A stretch of 64,000 bases of DNA from Verrucomicrobiota bacterium (GCA_039798785.1 JBDKFG010000070.1:1-64000), one strand, 5' to 3'. Positions 10,001-18,601 are shown, counted from the first letter of the stretch. Notes: generated from the sequence alone by a model not told the origin. Made by a program: numbers and translations.

Positions 10001-10822
10001 GGACAAGTTTCCTGGGTGGTCAAAATTCCTAAACATTCAGACGTTGAAAATCTTGAAGTAACTTGGAACTTATTTGGTTTCTCAGGCCAAACCTATAGAC
10101 ATATTAAGATGAACAAGAAATATAACCGAGAGAACTTAAGAAGTTTTACAATTATGGCTCATTTAGGAAGAATGCCGATGCATGCCACACAGTGCCTAGT
10201 TCTAGACCAGATGCCGTATGTAGCAATGTTTGGAGAAGCATCCCCACATAATATTAAAAATCAAGGCATGTCTTCGTCATTTCAACCTTGGCCACAACAC
10301 GAAGGCGATCTAGTCAAATGTAAGCTGTCAAGCTCTCTACTAACTTGTTTGCAGCTTCTGGAGGTTGATGTTATTAGTGATGCAGTTCAAGAAGTGGCGA
10401 TCGATAGGATTATGCCGGTCGCCATCAAAGAATGCCCAAATCTTGAGCTTTTGAAGATTGCAAATAATAAGAGTGCAGTTGAAATTATTAAAAAGTCAAT
10501 CAATGAGCCGATAGAGATCGAGATTATACTGAAAGAAAAATCCACGGTGAATGGCATGGATTTTCAGTGGGAAGGAAACCCTTATCAGTTGTTGAAAATT
10601 TCCTGCTTTGTCGCTGGGAAATGGATCCCTGTGGCCTGGGATTCCTATGTCAGTGCTGCCGGTCACCATCCGACTTTCTATCCAATAAAAACGGATAGGA
10701 TAAGACTTCAAGTGACCCCCAGCCAAAGTGTCCGGATGTACAATATTCGACCCTATTACAATCCTAAGCTCAGCCAAATTTTAGTACCAGCCAGAAGCAT
10801 CGGAAATCCAACATCGAATTGA
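7043..10822 (+). CDS. Large membrane-anchored DUF6288-like protein (PDZ-like + NPCBM-like + alpha/alpha barrel + C-terminal beta-sandwich), AT-rich
   Basis: N-terminal TM; LAPLGIRG..VTHVVRDSPAYGHLQVGDLI (PDZ-like); FSKSFPKECPKS..QQQNDGSW..TAFCGLALMASG (prenyltransferase-like repeat). Confidence 0.75.
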   Translation: MKNKSKSSSFFVIFIFFCFISAIAIAWFLVSLRERDCSSPEISKSPSTVDHDLPIQDYKIMNNFKKIDIYKWKSEHPQSGGNTWFPASLIQTQDGRFQLSTGSQEWGHWLAPLGIRGRAHLFKYQKYESCRALVPDLLKDQDGKLQFQAFEVTHVVRDSPAYGHLQVGDLIYKWMDQEVMDSTEYKHSLKLTKKNEREIQFQAGEILDQASAFGRFSCSVIRPPLIESHTFEVNNSAKINIASSVSEEIFISTGSDIIISGLERSEVINSFYEKLAPIYGGNIFQITSQDQWRIPANAKIIIKPGVKKSIDIKCQGRAKIEISKFQLKKIGVSERELWHSPDLNRWCKEEQFTLRLDGNSGKLKLRVDSAVANNFTGCGLYWADVQLIVNGKLVLLSELAPIYMSTGYGSISTLQPGAVILPQRTVDRFGWIAHAESEFCWKLPPGVSQISGRFGGTGNGRLRASIRFKNESIPEDFFSDCIRNMTFSIPKTGQFSKSFPKECPKSDLLVSQTCEFLSAQQQNDGSWPCWSGYTTNSFHTAFCGLALMASGNNKYDAQIQKAAHYIGYNDSSSGWACPRGIILTFLAEYYLRYKDKSILPAIENSAQRMIDCVQPDMIAGHGLYGLGYNEGGQYLGAAYAQLGLSVASKCPINIDKKWTDKFFHHISHIQCNGAYPYGRGSASIRDNNFAKEGGNAMHGLGVIAAYLYNSKGSAQVVADARKRWDCVLGDGDHSHSTSSLGFFASSLAMNLVDPGLFRKHLDAFRWKFAIEPSFDGGWLKSSYIFDTQGGEGVTGLWIRSAVMAIILSSHKRNLIITGKAPQAELDKSLSCLEYEVFIKNFYSRNLSIAKQLLPHQLNQPLDDFRNEIIEIEDDAQMPQKIRSLITKNMPILTQYIASLQISGQIKSQVIELISGMDTVIEIGDSEMTIRARLPFQGLIFSSPEKSAEIKRVIGENFYMNIGLKTPSMSVIDRKISINNADIDWRNGQVSWVVKIPKHSDVENLEVTWNLFGFSGQTYRHIKMNKKYNRENLRSFTIMAHLGRMPMHATQCLVLDQMPYVAMFGEASPHNIKNQGMSSSFQPWPQHEGDLVKCKLSSSLLTCLQLLEVDVISDAVQEVAIDRIMPVAIKECPNLELLKIANNKSAVEIIKKSINEPIEIEIILKEKSTVNGMDFQWEGNPYQLLKISCFVAGKWIPVAWDSYVSAAGHHPTFYPIKTDRIRLQVTPSQSVRMYNIRPYYNPKLSQILVPARSIGNPTSN

Positions 10823-10845
10823 TCGATCGCGTCGCCCGATCACCA

Positions 10846-12570
10846 TCAGGCCGAAGCGCTCGCTAGCGATTCGGCACGGGCCAGACGCAAGCGATGCCAT
10901 CGATACCCAAGCCAGATCATCGAAGCCAAGGCCCCCAGCACTGCCACAAGATCCGCCGCCCATGGATAGAGCATCCAAGGTGTCGGTGGCGCCTTTCTCA
11001 GGTAGGGAACGCTGACATCAAGAGCGTCTCGGACGAAGGGCGAGCCATCGTCCGCTCGGAGCTTGGCGAAGACCTGGCCGTCCGGGCCGTGGACTTGCGT
11101 GAATCCATATGTGCCGCAACGCATTACAGGAACACCGCACTCGACCGCGCGCAAGGCGCTGTGGGCGGCGTGGCGAGCTCCGCCGCAGGAGTCCTTGAAC
11201 CAGGAATCATTGGAGAGAACCAGGAGGAGGTCGGCGCCCTGCCGGCGGAAACGCAGCGAGATGCCGGAGAAAAGGCTCTCAAAACAGATTGGCGTACCGA
11301 TCGCGGCATCAGCTCGTGGATGGAAGACGTTAGTATTCATTCCTTCGCTGAGGGAGGCGCCCATACCCGACATATCCTCAAACTTCTCGTGCCAGGACCT
11401 GGGCAGGAGGTAACGGAAGGGGAAATATTCGCCGTAGGGCAGGGTATGCACTTTCGAATACAACCCTTGCTGCTGTCCGGCGGCATCGACCCAGACGCTC
11501 GAATTGTAGCGAAGCGGACGCGAGCCTGAAACTGTGGGCAGCTCGGTCGGAGTGCCGAAGATCATCGGAGCACCGGCTCTAGAAGTGGTCATCACGACCG
11601 CTTCCACAAAACGAGGATGCTTCGGATAGGAACAGGGTAGAGGAGTCTCCGGCCAGACGATCAATTCTGGCTGGACTCCCCGCTTCAGGCTAAGTTGGAA
11701 ATAAGTCAAAGGAGCTTCATCAAGCTGCTGGAAATACTCTTCCTCCGTCGCCCCCATCAAGGGCAGGTACAATCCTTGCACCAGACGAACTTGCAGCCTG
11801 GCATCGGTCTTCGGCGGCAAATACGTTGCGGCCACCGCAAGAATGACCACGATGGCTGCGAGCGCAAGCCCGAGGCCACTGGCGACCGCTTTGCAGGCGT
11901 CGCGCCGCCCTAGCAGCCAGGCGCCGAGGGCGGCGGAAAGGGAGAAGCTGACCAAGGCGATCATCAGGGACAAGCCGGATTGTCCCCAGACCCGTGCGGA
12001 CAGCAAGGTGGCGGGTACTTCCGCCTGCGACACCGCGAGGGTGGCGAAGGGGACGCCGGTCCAGAGCCAGCCGCGGACCCACTCGAGCGCGGCGAAGAGC
12101 GCCGTCGTGCCGAGGGCGCCGAGGATCACCGAGCGCGGGCTCGGTTGCGGCAGGATGCCGGCACGAGGAGCGGTGACATCGCGCCACAAGAGCGCTTCGT
12201 TGAAGGCGCCGCTGAGTCGACAGAAAAGCGCAGTGAGACCGCAGTAGCAGATGCCGATGCCGAAGGGCACTAGGAGTTGAATGTGGTGCAGGAAGGAGAA
12301 ATTTAGTGTGTTGAGGAGCAGGCCGAAGTAGATGCCGATCCCCCAGAGACGGCGGTCGTTCCAGCCCAGGCAGGCGAGATGGAGCAGAGCCGGTGCCAGC
12401 CAGATGCTCCAGCTCCATGACAGCGGCGGCAAGGAGGCGCACCAGGCCATAGCCGCGAGGGTCGCGAGGAAGTAGCGCAGCAGCGGATGCATGCGGAAGG
12501 GATGTTTCAGATCGGCGGGTGCGGCGGCGCCGGCGATGGTGTCAGGAGGTGACATTTTTTTCATCATCAT
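10846..12570 (-). CDS. lnt: Apolipoprotein N-acyltransferase
   Basis: Multi-TM plus nitrilase domain; EWVRGWLWTGVPF, VWPET, YSKVHTLPYGEY, ICFES, SNDSWF (E-K-C triad). Start uncertain. Confidence 0.93.
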   Translation of the reverse strand: MMMKKMSPPDTIAGAAAPADLKHPFRMHPLLRYFLATLAAMAWCASLPPLSWSWSIWLAPALLHLACLGWNDRRLWGIGIYFGLLLNTLNFSFLHHIQLLVPFGIGICYCGLTALFCRLSGAFNEALLWRDVTAPRAGILPQPSPRSVILGALGTTALFAALEWVRGWLWTGVPFATLAVSQAEVPATLLSARVWGQSGLSLMIALVSFSLSAALGAWLLGRRDACKAVASGLGLALAAIVVILAVAATYLPPKTDARLQVRLVQGLYLPLMGATEEEYFQQLDEAPLTYFQLSLKRGVQPELIVWPETPLPCSYPKHPRFVEAVVMTTSRAGAPMIFGTPTELPTVSGSRPLRYNSSVWVDAAGQQQGLYSKVHTLPYGEYFPFRYLLPRSWHEKFEDMSGMGASLSEGMNTNVFHPRADAAIGTPICFESLFSGISLRFRRQGADLLLVLSNDSWFKDSCGGARHAAHSALRAVECGVPVMRCGTYGFTQVHGPDGQVFAKLRADDGSPFVRDALDVSVPYLRKAPPTPWMLYPWAADLVAVLGALASMIWLGYRWHRLRLARAESLASASA

Positions 12571-13015
12571 CTAAAGATTTGAGCCACTTTCTATATTGGA
12601 AAATACCAATCATAGAAGATATGTTATTCAGCGTAAAAAATGCATATATAACCCTAAGTCCAAGCCCAGTGAATGCGTCATTTTGGGTGGCCCAGAAAAT
12701 ATAAGAAGATAGAGCTAACATTGAAGCTGCTGAAGCCCATGCTAATAATAAGCTTCTTTTTAAAATTGCTGCACATCCCAAGACGACATGAAGTATAACA
12801 ACAATTAAAGCTATAAAAACTTTTAAAATATCGACTTCATTATTTGATAAATACAGACATGTTAATAAAATTAACTGAAATACAAATAGGACCAATGATG
12901 ATATAAGACCATTCCTAAGTTTTTCACGTATAGAGACAGGGACTTCAAGAATTATTGTCTCTTTGTTTTCAGGCAATGGGCCATTCAAAACATCCTCATA
13001 TTTTGGCAGACTCAT
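12542..13015 (-). CDS. AT-rich hypothetical four-TM membrane protein
   Basis: MSLPKYEDVLNG... followed by four hydrophobic segments; composition far more AT-rich than its neighbours. Confidence 0.6.
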   Translation of the reverse strand: MSLPKYEDVLNGPLPENKETIILEVPVSIREKLRNGLISSLVLFVFQLILLTCLYLSNNEVDILKVFIALIVVILHVVLGCAAILKRSLLLAWASAASMLALSSYIFWATQNDAFTGLGLRVIYAFFTLNNISSMIGIFQYRKWLKSLDDDEKNVTS

Positions 13016-13034
13016 TGATTGATTCCTTGTGTGT

Positions 13035-13460
13035 TTATTCAATTTGTCGCAATTCGCGAGCGACGTCGATCGCTTCGCCATCGAAGCGGCAGGTGGCGAG
13101 GCTGAGAATTGGCGGTTGCCGTGCGAGGAGCATGGCCTTGACCGCGGCGGCGCTGGCGACTGGCGATTGACCTTCGAGGCCCGCGGCATCGCGCCAGCGC
13201 AGGAGCCAGGCGTCTTCGCCGTCGAGGAGGGGCGGCAGGATGAATTCCTCGGGCGCGCCGGGAGCAGTTTTGCTCTTGCCGGCTTTGGCCTTGAGTTTCG
13301 GGCGCTTGCGGGCGGAGGGGAGCTCGGGCGGGGGCGGCAGGGGGAAGTTCACTCCGGGCAGGAGGCGGGCGATCTCGGCTTCGGCGAGAGCGACACGGCC
13401 AAAGGCGTCGTCGCGGTCGAGGAGCAGCTCGGCCAGGCGCAGTCGTTCCGCGGCGGTCAT
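13035..13460 (-). CDS. Hypothetical protein, paralogue of 13570-13908
   Basis: RBS (ggagg) upstream; shares ELLxxR[DE][DE]A[FY]xR[VI]AxAExxI...F..P.PP with its neighbour. Confidence 0.7.
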   Translation of the reverse strand: MTAAERLRLAELLLDRDDAFGRVALAEAEIARLLPGVNFPLPPPPELPSARKRPKLKAKAGKSKTAPGAPEEFILPPLLDGEDAWLLRWRDAAGLEGQSPVASAAAVKAMLLARQPPILSLATCRFDGEAIDVARELRQIE

Positions 13461-13533
13461 GATCGACCTCCGGGTGAAATGCGGAAACTGGACTGGGCTT
13501 GAGTCACGAATGGAACCTATTGCTGCTAAGAGC

Positions 13534-13568
13534 TTAAACTTTAAAATTTAAACTTTAAACTTTAAACT
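13534..13568. repeat. Heptamer tandem repeat (TTAAACT) x5
   Basis: ttaaact ttaaaat ttaaact ttaaact ttaaact, just past the stop of the 13570-13908 ORF. Confidence 0.9.
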
Positions 13569-13569
13569 C

Positions 13570-13908
13570 TTATTCCTGCTCGTTCTCTTCATCGCTGTCG
13601 ACTTCCGGGCTGGGTGCAGCCTTGCTGCCGCGGGGGGCCTTGGCCTTGGGGGCGGGCTTGGCGACGGCGACGGCGCGGGCGCCGTAGAAGACGGGAACCG
13701 GGGGCTCGGGGAATTCGAAGGCGCCATCTTCACCGATGACCTCTTCGATCTGGCGCTCGGCATCGGCGATGCGGCGGTAGGCTTCTTCACGCTGGATCAG
13801 CAGCTCGTCGATCTTGACGCGGGCTTCGAGCGCGGCGCGGATCGTCGCGGCATCGGCACGGGTGACGATGTCGACGAAGGACAGGCTGTTGCTTTTCTTT
13901 TCGGCCAT
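13570..13908 (-). CDS. Small hypothetical coiled-coil protein with Ala/Lys/Pro tail and acidic end
   Basis: MAEKKSNSLSFVDIVTRADAATIRAALEARVKIDELL...; strong host codon usage. Confidence 0.75.
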   Translation of the reverse strand: MAEKKSNSLSFVDIVTRADAATIRAALEARVKIDELLIQREEAYRRIADAERQIEEVIGEDGAFEFPEPPVPVFYGARAVAVAKPAPKAKAPRGSKAAPSPEVDSDEENEQE

Positions 13909-13970
13909 CTTTTTGTCTCTTGCTTGGGGTATGGGGTTCAATCGTGATTGGGGTGAAGGAAAGGGTTATC

Positions 13971-15347
13971 TCAGCCGATTTCCGACAGTCGCTGGCGGGC
14001 TCGCTGCTGGGCGGCGGCGGCGACGGCGGCATCGGCATCGTTCTGCAGTTGCACCAGGCTGGCGGAGTCGAGCGAGGGAGCTTTGACCGCTTGCAGGCGC
14101 AGCCAGGGCAGGGGCGAGCGGGCGGCTTCGGCGACGCAGGAGCGGGGCAGGTGGCGGCTGGCGAGACCCAGGGCGCGGATCGCCGGCGAGGGATCGGCGA
14201 AACATTCCAATGCGGCATTTTCCGGCAAGCCGGAATCGCTCAGGCCGCGACGGGCGATGAGGCTGCGCAGGACGCGGTCGTTATGGGTCAGGAGGCGGCG
14301 CAAGGCGGTCGCCGGGAGGTCGCGTCCTGAGAGTGCGAGCAGGCGCAGGACGGCGGAGTCAGGGGAATGGCTGAGCATTTCCGCCAGGCGCGGCGAGAAG
14401 TCATCGCGGCTGAGTAGGGCATCGGCGACGGCGGCATCGGCATTGCGGGCGAGATCTTCGAGCTGATCGCTGGAGCTGTCGGGTGCGGCGGCGAGCACCG
14501 CTTTCAAGCTGCCGCCCGAGTCTTCGGAGAGGGCGTCGCGGGCTTCGTCGGCGAGGCCGCTTTGGGCAGCGAGGAAGGCACGGACCGAATCAGTGCCGTT
14601 TTTGGCGAGGCCGACTTGGACCGGAGGATCAGGGAGTCGCTCCTTGATCGCGGCGATGGCGATGTTGCCGTGCGGTGACAAAGCGAGGGATTCGAGGCAG
14701 TCGCCGTCGAGATCCTTGCGCTGCAGGAGGCAGGCCTGGAGCAGCGGTTCGTCGGAGTCTGCCCATTCGAGCAGTTCCGAGGGCGAGGGCTTCGAGGCGG
14801 TGACGGCGGTGGCGCTGACTCCGGGATCCGGATCGCGGACCAGGCGTTGCAGGAGATCGCGGTCGAGCCCCTTGCGGGTCGCGAGGGCGGCGCGCACAAA
14901 GGGATGAGGATCGGAGCTGAGGAAAAGTGCGATCCGGCTAGGGACCGAGATGTTGCGCGCCAAGGTGGCTCGGACCTGCGGCGAGGGATCCTTGGCGAGT
15001 AGAGCCGCTGTACCGGGACTGATCTGCTTGTGAGAAGCGACGGTGATCCGCACGGCAGAGCTGTCCGAGCGTGCGAACTCAGCCATCGCTGTCACTGGCA
15101 GGCGGGGGTGCTGGCAGAGCGCCTGCAGAACTTCTGGATCGTCACAGCGACCGAGCAGTTTCTCGATGATGGCGGTCGCGGTGCCGGGAATCAAGGCAAG
15201 GAAAAGATCAGCCTCGCCCCGCGCCTCGAGCTCGATCTGAACCTTCGAAGGAACGAATTCATCCTTGCGGAAGAGACGCGCCGCTCCCTCCGAGCCGCGC
15301 TCGCGGATCAGATCGAGGATGTCATCAACTGTGGTGTCGATAGCCAA
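13971..15347 (-). CDS. LRV/HEAT-like alpha-helical repeat protein (DUF2336-like)
   Basis: About 24-aa repeats such as LAKDPSPQVRATLARN, LSSDPHPFVRAALAT, LVRDPDPGVSATAV; TTG start. Confidence 0.75.
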   Translation of the reverse strand: MAIDTTVDDILDLIRERGSEGAARLFRKDEFVPSKVQIELEARGEADLFLALIPGTATAIIEKLLGRCDDPEVLQALCQHPRLPVTAMAEFARSDSSAVRITVASHKQISPGTAALLAKDPSPQVRATLARNISVPSRIALFLSSDPHPFVRAALATRKGLDRDLLQRLVRDPDPGVSATAVTASKPSPSELLEWADSDEPLLQACLLQRKDLDGDCLESLALSPHGNIAIAAIKERLPDPPVQVGLAKNGTDSVRAFLAAQSGLADEARDALSEDSGGSLKAVLAAAPDSSSDQLEDLARNADAAVADALLSRDDFSPRLAEMLSHSPDSAVLRLLALSGRDLPATALRRLLTHNDRVLRSLIARRGLSDSGLPENAALECFADPSPAIRALGLASRHLPRSCVAEAARSPLPWLRLQAVKAPSLDSASLVQLQNDADAAVAAAAQQRARQRLSEIG

Positions 15348-15461
15348 GAGTTCGAACGCCTTGAATTTGCCGCCTCATTATTAGCATGCCGGAGCCGTCT
15401 TGCCTGCCGGTCCGGCATAAAAATGGCTGCTATTTAAGAGATGAAAAGAAATCGGTCTGAG

Positions 15462-16010
15462 TCAAGCGAAGATAGAAGCCTTCACTTGTTCAGCCGCTTC
15501 GCCAAGACCGGCAGCACGGAGGATCTCGAAGGCGAATTCGATCGAGACGCCGGCGCCTTTTGCCGTGACGATACGTCCGTCGCGTTCAACTCGTGCGCCA
15601 GTGACCCGAGCGGATCCCAGCTCAGGCTCCTTGGCGGGAAAGCAGGTGACCTGACGGTCGCGGATCAGGCCGGCGCGTTCAAGGACGATCGGAGCCGCGC
15701 AAATCGCGGCGATGACGGCATCGGGAGCGAGTTTTTGCAGAAAGCTGATCAGCTCCTCGCTGTCGCGCAAGTGGTGGGCCCCCGGAAGTCCACCGGGAAG
15801 AACCACGACCCCATAATCCTGGGCAGAGGCTGCGGCAAAGGCCTTGTCGGAGGCAAGGACCAGGCCGCGGACGCCGGTTGCCGTATTTGAGCCGCTGAGG
15901 GAGAGGATGTCAACCTTGACGCCGGCCCGCCGCAAGATGGTCAAAGGAGCGACGGTTTCGAGCTCCTCGAAACCGTCGGCCAGAAGCAGGGCTGCGCGCA
16001 ACTCAGGCAT
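15462..16010 (-). CDS. DJ-1/PfpI (YajL/ThiJ-like) family protein
   Basis: LLADGFEELE..LRRAG, VLPGGLPGA, AAICAAP (catalytic Cys). Confidence 0.92.
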   Translation of the reverse strand: MPELRAALLLADGFEELETVAPLTILRRAGVKVDILSLSGSNTATGVRGLVLASDKAFAAASAQDYGVVVLPGGLPGAHHLRDSEELISFLQKLAPDAVIAAICAAPIVLERAGLIRDRQVTCFPAKEPELGSARVTGARVERDGRIVTAKGAGVSIEFAFEILRAAGLGEAAEQVKASIFA

Positions 16011-16329
16011 GCTTGAGAAGCTTGTCGACCAAGTCGTTTTCACGCTGGCTGGCGCCGACCAGGCGCTCGACTTCCTTGCCGTCCTTGAAGATGATCAGGG
16101 TGGGGATCGACTGGACACCGTACTGCATGGCGCTGTCCTGGCCTTCATCGGTGTTGATCTTGGCGACCTTGGCTTTGCCTTGGACTCGCTCGGCGACTTT
16201 GTCGATGAGAGGAGCGATCATGCGGCAGGGGCCGCACCAGGGCGCCCAGAAATCGACCAGAGTGACACCACTGGCGACGGTGGAAGAGAAGTTCGAGTCG
16301 TCGAGGACGATGACTTTTTCAGAGGCCAT
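16003..16329 (-). CDS. trxA: Thioredoxin
   Basis: VDFWAPWCGPCRM, SIPTL; 108 aa. Confidence 0.95.
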   Translation of the reverse strand: MASEKVIVLDDSNFSSTVASGVTLVDFWAPWCGPCRMIAPLIDKVAERVQGKAKVAKINTDEGQDSAMQYGVQSIPTLIIFKDGKEVERLVGASQRENDLVDKLLKHA

Positions 16330-16470
16330 GAGTAATCTCCTGAGTTGATGAATGATTTTTAAAGTGACGCGACAGGCGTTCCTTAGGCCGAATCTAGACC
16401 AAAGGAGACGAGAGCCAAGGGCTGAAACGGGATTGAGCCGCGAAAAAAAACACTTTTCCTTTCAATTGCC

Positions 16471-16500
16471 TTGTCAAGCACCCGGCCTCGGCAGTATGCT
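16471..16500 (+). promoter_or_regulatory. Putative sigma-70 promoter
   Basis: TTGTCA-N18-TATGCT upstream of RBS aaggag and ATG 16536. Confidence 0.35.
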
Positions 16501-16535
16501 CTTTGTGTCAGTCAGCGGAACAAGGAGACTTTGAG

Positions 16536-17597
16536 ATGAGTTATTGGAAATTCTGCCATCAGTGCGGCTCGAAAGTCGGCGATGACAATTTGGCTCAATG
16601 CTGTTCCTGCAAAGCTCCGCTCCACTGCGGCAATTGCAGCTCACCGATCTTCCCTGCAGCGCTGGCGTGCGGCGGTTGCGGCAAGCTGCTGGGGCGCCCG
16701 AAGGAAAGCTCAGCTTCGGCCTATTCCAGCTCTTACACCGGCAGCGGCTACTCCAGCTCCTCCTACAGCTCGGTGGGGTCTTACGCCACTTCGCAGCCCA
16801 CTGCCTCCAACGCTTACAGACCGCCTACCTATGCCTCCTCGATTTCCGCAAGCGTCAAGTCCCCGCCTCCCTCCCCTTCCCCCTCATACGCCGGCTCTTC
16901 GCCTGGCTCCATCACTGCTGGCACTTCTTACCAAGGTAACGGATACGGCGGCTCGGCCTTCGGCGCCGCAAAAGAAACCCACAGCTATGCCGCCCCGACG
17001 ATCGCCACCGGTGCCGTTCTCGGGGGCGCTGCCGGAATGGGGGCGTTCAAGAGCGGCTTTTCCGGCGAAACGAGTGGAGAGGCTCCTGCCGCCAGCGATG
17101 CCGCCGCCTCGCTGGAAAGCATCGTCGAGGATGTCCTGGGGACGGATGCCGACAGGCGCAGAGCCGCCTTGGAGGAACTGAAAAGACGGCCTGCCGATCT
17201 CAAGGAGCTGGTCGCCTCACTCGAAAAGCCGGCCCGCATCGATCGCATACGGCCGGCCCGCGTCCTGCTTCAGCTCGAGCACGAACCCGTCAAAGCGGCC
17301 GCGGCGATCAGTGACGCCCTCTGCAACGACCCCTCGTGGTCGACCAGGAAAGCAGCGCTCGACGCTCTGGTCAGTGAAGGACAGAAGGCGAAAGACGCCA
17401 TTCCCAGCCTCAGCAAGGCTCTGGCCGACGGACGCGTCGACCGCAAAGAGATCTCCTGCATGGCTGCCGAAGCTCTCGGGGCGATCAGTCCGAAGGCCCA
17501 GGCCCACGCCGCCAAAGCTCTTGAAAAAGCTCTGAATTCGGACAACTGGTTCCTCCGGGAAGCGGCCAAAAAGGCTCTCGAAAAAATCAAAAAGTGA
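16536..17597 (+). CDS. Double zinc-ribbon + Ser/Tyr/Gly low-complexity linker + HEAT-repeat protein
   Basis: Four CxxC pairs (CHQC, CCSC, CGNC, CGGC); C-terminal HEAT repeats (AAEALGAI, LREAAKKALEKI). Confidence 0.8.
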   Translation: MSYWKFCHQCGSKVGDDNLAQCCSCKAPLHCGNCSSPIFPAALACGGCGKLLGRPKESSASAYSSSYTGSGYSSSSYSSVGSYATSQPTASNAYRPPTYASSISASVKSPPPSPSPSYAGSSPGSITAGTSYQGNGYGGSAFGAAKETHSYAAPTIATGAVLGGAAGMGAFKSGFSGETSGEAPAASDAAASLESIVEDVLGTDADRRRAALEELKRRPADLKELVASLEKPARIDRIRPARVLLQLEHEPVKAAAAISDALCNDPSWSTRKAALDALVSEGQKAKDAIPSLSKALADGRVDRKEISCMAAEALGAISPKAQAHAAKALEKALNSDNWFLREAAKKALEKIKK

Positions 17598-17689
17598 TTA
17601 CTGCAACTGCTTGTCGGACAAAGCATCAGATAAGTCACAATGAACTGCAGTGACTCTGCGACAGCGACGGTCACAGAGTCTTGCCGGCG

Positions 17690-18601
17690 TCAAAACCGCC
17701 AGAGGAGCGACAAGCAGCTGCGATCCTCCGGCACCGCTTCAGGCTCGTCGCTTTGGCGGCTGACCGGCCATTCATGGCTCAATTCGAGATCAAGGGAGTC
17801 GCCGAGATGCAGCCGCAAGCGCGGCCCTACGCTGCGGCGATGGCCGTCGTCATCCTGGAACCAACGTTGGAACAAGGGGAAACAAGCATGAGAAAAATGC
17901 CTCTCCTCGCTAATGAAGAAGCCCAGATCGACCGGCCCGGCGACGAAGCCGCCGCCAGCATGAAGGCTTAAGGAATCCTCGTAGCCGGGTTCCTGTTCGA
18001 TCCGGAATCCACCTTCGAGATAAAAAGCTTCAATGCGCTTCCGTGCGCTGAAATCAAGTGCCAGCTGCCACTCGGTCGCATCCATCCCAGCAGTCTCTTC
18101 ACCACTGAATTTGGCCAGAGGCAGGCCGAGGAAAATGCCGCAGCGCCCCCATCCGCCCTCGCTGTCATGATCCCCCAGAATCATGCCGACCTGCCCGTCT
18201 CGCCAAGGCGATTCGTCTTCGCCTGCATCAAAATCCCTGCTCACATCAAGTGTGAAGCGAAGGTCTTGAGGGCTCTTGAAAACCTCCTTCGGCAGACCGG
18301 CGCCAACGGGGCTCCAAAGCGACCAAGTCGGCTTCATGTCAGTCGAAGACTTGAGCTCATGCGGTTTATTCCCGAACACTGACGACTGCAGGTGGAAAGT
18401 TTCAATCACTCGCCGCCCTGGACGCGGCCCCGCCAGCACTTTGCGCCCTTTCGGATCGCTGAGGCGCAGGGAAGTGAAACTGGTGCCGATGCTGAAGCCG
18501 TCTTCAGATTGAAGGGGGAAAGCAGGACTCCACTCGGGACCGAATTCACCAGCCGTCAACGAGGTGGCAGAGAGAAGAAGCCAGGCGAATGCAGCTGGCA
18601 T
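17690..18601 (-). CDS. Putative outer-membrane beta-barrel protein
   Basis: Signal peptide MPAAFAWLLLSATSLTA; alternating hydrophobic strands; ends ...LSLLWRF with terminal Phe. Confidence 0.55.
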   Translation of the reverse strand: MPAAFAWLLLSATSLTAGEFGPEWSPAFPLQSEDGFSIGTSFTSLRLSDPKGRKVLAGPRPGRRVIETFHLQSSVFGNKPHELKSSTDMKPTWSLWSPVGAGLPKEVFKSPQDLRFTLDVSRDFDAGEDESPWRDGQVGMILGDHDSEGGWGRCGIFLGLPLAKFSGEETAGMDATEWQLALDFSARKRIEAFYLEGGFRIEQEPGYEDSLSLHAGGGFVAGPVDLGFFISEERHFSHACFPLFQRWFQDDDGHRRSVGPRLRLHLGDSLDLELSHEWPVSRQSDEPEAVPEDRSCLSLLWRF

